Positions 57,206-64,000 of a stretch of DNA of 64,000 bases are shown piece after piece; the stretch's first letter is position 1; each line of letters opens with the position of its first letter. The translations under genes and the position numbers were made by a program. Source of the DNA: Thecamonas trahens ATCC 50062 (lineage: Eukaryota; Protista; Apusomonadida); the NCBI RefSeq assembly GCF_000142905.1, contig NW_013657664.1, positions 338,133 to 402,132 of the forward strand. The letters are read 5' to 3'. A model generated the notes under the pieces. It did no database searches. It saw nothing but the letters and a program-made list of their open reading frames with translations, and was not told the origin of the DNA.

Positions 57206-58552
57206 ATGGCCACACGGCGGGTCACGCGCTCGGCGAGGAAGCGAAGGCGCAAGGACGAGGACGAGGACGGGGACGCGACGGCATCCGCTCCGTCTGCGGC
57301 ATCCAGCTGCAAGCGCGCAAAGACGGGCCAGGGCGATCGGGTGCAGTCTCCGCCCATGCAGCGGGTGCTCACCGCCGACGATGTGGCGTGGTGGCGGCTG
57401 TGGCGATCGGGGCTGGTGGCCGGCATGCCGGGACTCGACAGCGATGCGGAGGCTGGGACGGTGGCCGAGGCGGTGGCGGGTGTACACGTGGCGGTGCAGG
57501 CGCAGATCCCGTTGGCGTGCAGCCTGGCGGTGTGGAACCGGATGGTGAGGCCGGCGGTAGATGCGGTGCCGGCGGCCAAGGTAGCGATGGCTGCGCTGCG
57601 GGAGACGATGCGAGGCGAGGGCGTGGTGCGGACGTGGGGTCCACGATGGACGCTGCATGCCATGACGGTCCGCGACCTGGCTCTGTATCTGGCAGCGCGT
57701 GGGAGTGGCCACATCGAGTACCTGTATCGCCGGGCTGGTTCGAAGAACGGGACGCCTCGAGCCGAGATTGACCATGCCATCGACGCGACAGCATCGAGAT
57801 TGGCGAGTCATGGGAGCATGAGCAAGGATGAGTATGCCGAGATGGGCCTGCCGATGGCTGTCCGATATTGGGTGTTTGGCGCTCTCACGTTTAGTGGCCA
57901 GGCAGTGAGGGACGATGTGGGCGACTCGAGCACGCCTGTGCTGCGGCCGATGCCAGCTGCCTTTGCGGCGTATTCCTTCGAGCCCGAGGCCGCATGGCGC
58001 GAGCTCCTCTTACGTTACTTTGACGTCTACGGGCCAGCAAGTGAGACCGATGTGCGCTACTGGCTCGGCGCCAAGCGCGGCGAGACAGCACCGCGGGTGT
58101 CGGCCCTGGTGGCATCGGGCGAGCTGACATCCGTAAGTGTCACGTCGCGCGAGGACGAGGAGGTGTTCATCCGCACCAGCGTGCTCGAGGAGCTCGATGC
58201 GCTCCCGCCGCGTGCTGGTGCCGGGGACACGATGGTCGTTCGGCTGCTCGGCCGGTTCGAGCCGGTCCTCATCGCGGTCAAGGACAAGAGTGCGTGGATC
58301 GCTCCTGAGCACTACCGCAAGGTCTGGGCGCACACCAATGTGGCGTCTGTGGTGCTTGTCAACACGCGGCTCGTAGGACGGTGGAAGGTGGTGCGTCGGG
58401 CCAAGATGCTGACAATAGTGATCACTGCGTTTGACGCCAAGTGCATGTGCTCGATCGAACAGGCGTGGGACGAGGTGCTGGTGCAGGCTGGGGGGCTGGC
58501 GAGCGTGTACGGGTTCGCAGACCGCGCGTCATGGGCTGTCCAACTCGAGTGA
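57206..58552 (+). CDS. alkZ: AlkZ-family (HTH_42, winged-helix) DNA glycosylase, copy 1
   Basis: VQAQ (QxQ), VRTWGPRWTLHAM, RYFDVYGPAS..D..YWLG, VRLLGRFEP.L, VLVNTRLVGRWK; N-terminal RKRRRK. Confidence 0.85.
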   Translation: MATRRVTRSARKRRRKDEDEDGDATASAPSAASSCKRAKTGQGDRVQSPPMQRVLTADDVAWWRLWRSGLVAGMPGLDSDAEAGTVAEAVAGVHVAVQAQIPLACSLAVWNRMVRPAVDAVPAAKVAMAALRETMRGEGVVRTWGPRWTLHAMTVRDLALYLAARGSGHIEYLYRRAGSKNGTPRAEIDHAIDATASRLASHGSMSKDEYAEMGLPMAVRYWVFGALTFSGQAVRDDVGDSSTPVLRPMPAAFAAYSFEPEAAWRELLLRYFDVYGPASETDVRYWLGAKRGETAPRVSALVASGELTSVSVTSREDEEVFIRTSVLEELDALPPRAGAGDTMVVRLLGRFEPVLIAVKDKSAWIAPEHYRKVWAHTNVASVVLVNTRLVGRWKVVRRAKMLTIVITAFDAKCMCSIEQAWDEVLVQAGGLASVYGFADRASWAVQLE

Positions 58553-58880
58553 GATGCGCTCTAGCGCAGCTTCTGCGGCGTCTCCCTCCGGCGTGTTGCC
58601 GGTGAGAGCTCGATGGTAAAGCAAGTGGTACAACTGCCATAGTCGATCCATTAATGCGATCCTAATCTCAGGCTGGTCAGGAGAGTCCGTCGGTATCCGC
58701 ACTCACGAGCCTACGCTATCAGGAGAGCCGAGCAAGTCGGGTCAGATGCCAGCCGCGTGCAGGCGAGCAGAGGAGGGGGCAAGGATACAACACTGCCACC
58801 GGGTGCGTCCACCTGACTGCCGAGCAGACAGGCTGGCGTTGGTAGCCGCAGACAGGCTGTGGCGAGAGACTCTGGTGCTG

Positions 58881-60239
58881 ATGGCCACACGGCGGGTCAC
58901 GCGCTCGGCGAGGAAGCGAAGGCGCAAGGACGAGGACGAGGACGGGGACGCGACGGCATCCGCTCCGTCTGCGGCATCCAGCTGCAAGCGCGCAAAGACG
59001 GGCCAGGGCGATCGGGTGCAGTCTCCGCCCATGCAGCGGGTGCTCACCGCCGACGATGTGGCGTGGTGGCGGCTGTGGCGATCGGGGCTGGTGGCCGGCA
59101 TGCCGGGACTCGACAGCGATGCGGAGGCTGGGACGGTGGCCGAGGCGGTGGCGGGTGTACACGTGGCGGTGCAGGCGCAGATCCCGTTGGCGTGCAGCCT
59201 GGCGGTGTGGAACCGGATGGTGAGGCCGGCGGTAGATGCGGTGCCGGCGGCCAAGGTAGCGATGGCTGCGCTGCGGGAGACGATGCGAGGCGAGGGCGTG
59301 GTGCGGACGTGGGGTCCACGATGGACGCTGCATGCCATGACGGTCCGCGACCTGGCTCTGTATCTGGCAGCGCGTGGGAGCGGCCACATCGAGTATCTCT
59401 TTCACCGCGCCGCTACTCGGAAGGACATCAAACGGATTGCGACGCAAGCCGAAATGGAGCGGATGGTAGAGGCGACTGCAGCCCGGCTGTCATCCCAAGG
59501 TAGCGTGAGCAAGGATGAGTTTGCTACCATGAGCTTGCCGTCGACAGCACAGCACGGTGTGTTCGGAGTCATCGCCTACCGCGGCCAGGCGGTGCGGGAC
59601 GATGTGGGCGACTCGAGCACGCCTGTGCTGCGGCCGATGCCAGCTGCCTTTGCGGCGTATTCCTTCGAGCCCGAGGCCGCATGGCGCGAGCTCCTCTTAC
59701 GTTACTTTGACGTCTACGGGCCAGCAAGTGAGACCGATGTGCGCTACTGGCTCGGCGCCAAGCGCGGCGAGACAGCACCGCGGGTGTCGGCCCTGGTGGC
59801 ATCGGGCGAGCTGACATCCGTAAGTGTCACGTCGCGCGAGGACGAGGAGGTGTTCATCCGCACCAGCGTGCTCGAGGAGCTCGATGCGCTCCCGCCGCGT
59901 GCTGGTGCCGGGGACACGATGGTCGTTCGGCTGCTCGGCCGGTTCGAGCCGGTCCTCATCGCGGTCAAGGACAAGAGTGCGTGGATCGCTCCTGAGCACT
60001 ACCGCAAGGTCTGGGCGCACACCAATGTGGCGTCTGTGGTGCTTGTCAACACGCGGCTCGTAGGACGGTGGAAGGTGGTGCGTCGGGCCAAGATGCTGAC
60101 AATAGTGATCACTGCGTTTGACGCCAAGTGCATGTGCTCGATCGAACAGGCGTGGGACGAGGTGCTGGTGCAGGCTGGGGGGCTGGCGAGCGTGTACGGG
60201 TTCGCAGACCGCGCGTCATGGGCTGTCCAACTCGAGTGA
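58881..60239 (+). CDS. alkZ: AlkZ-family (HTH_42, winged-helix) DNA glycosylase, copy 2
   Basis: Same motifs as copy 1; identical except the central segment at about 59396-59595. Confidence 0.85.
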   Translation: MATRRVTRSARKRRRKDEDEDGDATASAPSAASSCKRAKTGQGDRVQSPPMQRVLTADDVAWWRLWRSGLVAGMPGLDSDAEAGTVAEAVAGVHVAVQAQIPLACSLAVWNRMVRPAVDAVPAAKVAMAALRETMRGEGVVRTWGPRWTLHAMTVRDLALYLAARGSGHIEYLFHRAATRKDIKRIATQAEMERMVEATAARLSSQGSVSKDEFATMSLPSTAQHGVFGVIAYRGQAVRDDVGDSSTPVLRPMPAAFAAYSFEPEAAWRELLLRYFDVYGPASETDVRYWLGAKRGETAPRVSALVASGELTSVSVTSREDEEVFIRTSVLEELDALPPRAGAGDTMVVRLLGRFEPVLIAVKDKSAWIAPEHYRKVWAHTNVASVVLVNTRLVGRWKVVRRAKMLTIVITAFDAKCMCSIEQAWDEVLVQAGGLASVYGFADRASWAVQLE

Positions 60240-60247
60240 GATGCGTT

Positions 60248-61862
60248 TTACATGCCTGGCAGCTTGCCGCCCTTCATCATGTTGCCGAACGACTTCATCA
60301 TGGACTGCAGGCCGGAGCGGCCACCCATCTGCTGGATCATGCGCGGGTCGAGGACCTTGGAAAGGTCAGGCCCGTTGCGCGAGTTCATGTTGAGGCCCTT
60401 CATCTTCTTGAAGACCTTTGCGAAGCGCTTGAACTCGTCGAGCAGCGACGAAACAATGTTGACCGAGGTGCCGGAGCCGCGGGCGACACGGGCAATGCGC
60501 GACGGGTTAAACTTGACGTCGCAATCGAGCTCCTCATTGGTCATCGAGTCCATGATGGAGAGGAACATGTTGATGCGGCGGGCCGACTCTTCGTCCGAGC
60601 CCGAGTTGAGCATGGACGACGACATGCCAGGCATCATGGACATGACCGACGAGATGGGGCCCATCTGCAACAGGTTCTGGAACTGGTCAGCCATGTCGCG
60701 GAGGGTGAACACGCCCTGTTTGAGCTTTTCCAGCAGCTCGGGCTGCTGGTCAATGCCGGCGTCCTGGAGCTTGGAGACGAGACCCATGATGTCGCCGCGG
60801 CCGAGGAGGCGCGAGACAAACGACGAGGCGTCGAACGGCTCGAGCTGGTCGATGTGCTCGCCCATGCCGATGAAGACAATGGGCGAGTGAGTGGCCGCGA
60901 CGGCCGAGAGCGCGCCACCACCCTTTGCGGAACCGTCCATCTTGGTGATGATGACCGAGCCGACGTCGACTCGCTCGCGGAAGGCCTCGGCCTGGTCCTG
61001 CGCAGCCTGACCGATGGCGGCATCCATGACAAAGATGGTGGTGTCGGGCTCGACAGCCTCGGCAACCTCGGCCATCTCCTCAAACAGCGCCTCTTCCTGC
61101 TTGTGGCGGCCCGAGGTGTCGACAATGATGATCTCAAAGCCCTCCTCGCGGAACTTGTCCACGCCGTCGGCGGCGACCACCACGGGCGAGGTCTCGGTGT
61201 ACGAGCCGTAGTACGGGATGCGGGCCTTGGTGGCGTTCTGCTTCAGCTGATCAAAGGCACCAGCACGGAAGGTATCCGCACACACAAGACCGACCTTCCA
61301 CCCCTTCCGCTGGTAGTAGTACCCGAGCTTTCCCGCCGTCGTCGTCTTGCCATTCCCCTGCAGTCCCACAAGCATGATGACGTTCGTCTGGCCCTTGACC
61401 GGCACGTACGGCTTGTGCCCGGGGTCCACCAGGTTGATGAGCTCCTGGAAGACAGCCTGTGGATTGGAAGCGGGAGGGAGGGGTGCGGTGAGGCGGGGGG
61501 GGAGGGGGGGAGAGCATGGAAGGCGACACGGGAGGTGGGCGAGGGGGGGGGGGGGGGGGAGGGGGGGAAGAAGGAGGGCATGGGGGGGAGGAAGAGGAAG
61601 AGAGAGGGGCAGGGAAGGGGACAGGGCGTACAGTCTGGATGAGCTTGCGCTTGTTGATGCCCTGGGCCATCTCCTCCATGTTCACCTGCTGGGTAATGGC
61701 CTTGCGTAGGTTGAGGACAAGCGGGACCGAGACGTCGGCGGCAATGAGGGCGTTGCCGATCTCCTTCAGCATATCGTTGAGCACTTTGTCGTCCACAAGC
61801 ATGGCGTTGGACATATTGCGCAGCGCATCGGAAATACGCGACCCAAGCGCTCCAAGCACCAT
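60248..61862 (-). CDS. SRP54: signal recognition particle 54 kDa protein
   Basis: Exon 1 61862-61632 (MVLGALG..), intron 61631-61457, exon 2 with [27 protein letters not shown], Met-rich M domain. Confidence 0.97.
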
Positions 61863-62831
61863 TTTGTCAAATGTGTGTCTTGCAGAGTGAGGTCTACTCC
61901 CGCTATCCCCCCCATGCCCGAGCCCAAGCCCGAGCTGCTGCTCCGCCCGGGATCACACGGCGGTCGTCGCCTTGTGACGGCCCGCGATCACCGCGGGCTT
62001 CCTGGTGGGAATAGATGACGGAGAAGGAGGGAATAGCAGATGGGAGGGGAAAGAGGCAAGGGTAGAAGGGCGGACGGTATTAAAGTCAGAATCGGTGCAA
62101 GTGATGGGCGTGGGAGAGCTTGAACATGCCGACGATCGACGTCGGAGCGAAGCAAGGTTCGCAGCAGTGCGCTTTGCCAAGCTGTTGGATGGAGAGGGTC
62201 GACAGCCGGCGATCGAGGGGATGCTGCAAGGACATGATATTAGTAAGTGGACGACAACCGTACAAGAGGGCACAGGAGAAAGAAGCGATGGCTCATTTGG
62301 GCTTGGGCCTGACTCCGGCACCATGCCCGGCACATCCGGCCACATCGCGTGATCACAAGAACTGTAGATCGTGTTCCATGGGGACATTGCTTTGCTCTGA
62401 TAGCTCACGATGACCTTCAATTGCTCCGATGCCTGCAGTAGGCAACGTATATAAAGAACGTATGCTGTTGAGGCGTGTCGGCAGGGTGGATGCTGCAGAG
62501 GTGATGACATTGGGTCAGGGGAGCTCGTGATCGACGAGGGCGGGGCCGGGATGGGGGGGGACGAGTCACGAGTCGATGGCAGCTCAGGGGTGCGCCCAAG
62601 GTGGCTGGGCCGAGGCGTGGGGGCGAGCGGACGCGGTACTTGTCTGCAAGCAGGTGCCTGTCAGTAAAACCCGGCTTGTGCGTGGACGGCAGCACACGAT
62701 GCTGGGCTGGCTGCCTGTGGTGACCAATGCGGGTACGTTGTGCGGGCGGCCGGTTGAGCAGGTCGAGCTGACCGGGGCATAGAGGTGGGGAGATGGACGA
62801 CTCATGAAGATCTGGAGATTGGTTGGCTGCG

Positions 62832-63464
62832 ATGTGGGGTTGGGGGCTGTGTTGCGGGGAAATCGGCGCATTGCGTGCTTCTGGTGCTGCTCCAGCCGCT
62901 CTGCCTTCGATCGTGCACGGGTATCGGGAGGGGTTGGCTGTGGAGACAATGGTGCTTGTTGGCGCACTGGTGACGTCGATCGGATACCATGTGGCGCGGA
63001 CAATGTCGGCGAGAGTGCTGGGACTAACGCCGGTGCAGTGGCGGGTGGCGGACATCTACGTGGCGCACGTCATGTTTGTACTGATGGCCATCCATCTGCA
63101 CGGGCTTGCGAGGGGCTTGCGGCGGCTCCTGCTTGCTGTACTCCCTGGCACCATCGGCGTGGCGTTTGCGGTGATCGGCATCTCGCCGATCTTTCTCCTC
63201 ACCGTCGTCATGCCTGCGGTGGGCTCTGTCGCAGTCCGTGCGGCTATGAGCGGCGGGCTGGCGGGGATGGGCGTTGATGCGGCGGCATTCCGACGGGCGA
63301 TGGCGCCGTCGGTGGTATCTGGCGCGGCACTCGCGCTCTCTGGGATCTTTCCTCAACACTACGACGTGTGGCACTCACTGTGGCACTGTGCCGCGGGCCT
63401 GGCGTCGTATCGCATCTTTGTGGCACGCCGTGTGCCGAAGCGGAGCGGGCGGAGCTCGCCGTAA
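62832..63464 (+). CDS. CREST-superfamily membrane protein (TMEM8/PGAP6/DUF3522-like)
   Basis: Multiple TMs with SxxYH, conserved D (WRVAD) and HSLWH motifs. Confidence 0.65.
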   Translation: MWGWGLCCGEIGALRASGAAPAALPSIVHGYREGLAVETMVLVGALVTSIGYHVARTMSARVLGLTPVQWRVADIYVAHVMFVLMAIHLHGLARGLRRLLLAVLPGTIGVAFAVIGISPIFLLTVVMPAVGSVAVRAAMSGGLAGMGVDAAAFRRAMAPSVVSGAALALSGIFPQHYDVWHSLWHCAAGLASYRIFVARRVPKRSGRSSP

Positions 63465-63574
63465 AATGGGATACATGGACCCAGGCACACACTCACTCCC
63501 ATACACACAACAAGCTCGCAGTTACTACCAGAGAGGGAGATAGGCACATGTGCTACGCGGAAGCGGTTTAACGC

Positions 63575-63891
63575 TCAGTCGAAGAGACCGAAGCCCATCG
63601 AGCCATCGGACGACTCCTCCTCCTCCTCGGCGGCGGCGGCGGGGGCGTCACCGGCGGCAGGGGCAGCACCGGCGGCCGGGGCGGCAGCGCCAGTCGGGAC
63701 GGAAGCGAACTTCTCCTGGCCGGCCTCGATGAGGGCCTCGACGGACTGGCCGTTGAGCGACTCGATGACCTTGGCGGTGCAGGTCGAGTCGACCTCGGAG
63801 CCGACGGCGTTGAGGATCTTCTCAACGTCAGCAGCCGACGGGGAGTCGTTGCCACCAAGGGAAGCGAGGAGGTACGCAGCGATGTACTTCA
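63575..63891 (-). CDS. RPLP2: 60S acidic ribosomal protein P2 (first exon not located)
   Basis: [38 protein letters not shown]; acceptor CACAG|TG AAG at 63892. Confidence 0.95.
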
Positions 63892-64000
63892 CTGTGATCC
63901 GCACATACAGCGTCCGTGGTTGCTAGGTGAGTCGCAGTCGCCCATGCTCATGGCCGTGCTCATGGCCACATCGCCTCACACAAAAGTCATACAAAAACCT

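Larger units (their letters stand above)
57134..60245 (+). repeat. tandem direct duplication (57134-58558 vs 58809-60245)
   Basis: Offset 1675 before and 1687 after the divergent cassette; translations in alternate frames are also identical in the flanks. Confidence 0.95.

Noticed and set aside
39473-60239. Functional DNA-repair gene cluster (CtIP, IGHMBP2, AlkZ x2)
   Set aside because: Genes are interspersed with unrelated functions; no evidence beyond chance proximity.
61950-62800. Possible decayed gene or mobile-element remnant upstream of SRP54
   Set aside because: Multiple stops, no transposase/RT motifs, no terminal repeats.
1-64000. Numerous long antisense and alternate-frame ORFs (e.g. 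30271-32169 -, 39915-41330 +, 60128-61642 +, and ORFs spanning N gaps)
   Set aside because: Shadow ORFs expected from high GC and codon bias opposite real genes; those crossing gaps are artefacts of N translation.

Overview
GC-rich, extremely gene-dense, intron-poor eukaryotic genomic DNA using the standard code, with four N gaps flanked by poly-C/G runs. Composition, short GTACG-donor introns and gene content resemble a free-living protist such as the apusomonad Thecamonas; this is an inference only. I can support about 33 protein genes: ERGIC2/Erv41, a P4-ATPase flippase, KNL1/Spc105, HINT, Josephin, a tandem-PH protein, a sterol desaturase-like protein, a stand-alone Nop58 NOSIC fragment, a small complex I subunit, RasGAP-2xDUF547, TIP41, BolA, SNAPC4, a C2-domain protein, GST, a TBC RabGAP, CtIP, IGHMBP2, a degenerate nucleotidyltransferase-like gene, a coiled-coil/filamin/ZnF/PDZ protein, a SAM-PB1 MAP3K, Romo1/Mgr2, CstF-50, STK11IP, two AlkZ-type glycosylases, SRP54, a CREST/TMEM8-like membrane protein, RPLP2 and several hypotheticals. 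The most striking system is a tandem pair of bacterial-type AlkZ (HTH_42) DNA-crosslink glycosylases carrying a eukaryotic NLS-like extension. Read by eye, the copies are nucleotide-identical over about 570 bp 5' and about 650 bp 3', but each has a strongly diverged in-frame central cassette of about 190-200 bp. Other notable signals are a GTAAA motif at or just after many stop codons (candidate poly(A) signal), two start codons split by introns, and an OAS/CD-NTase-like degenerate domain. I found no rRNA, tRNA, CRISPR array or recognisable transposon.
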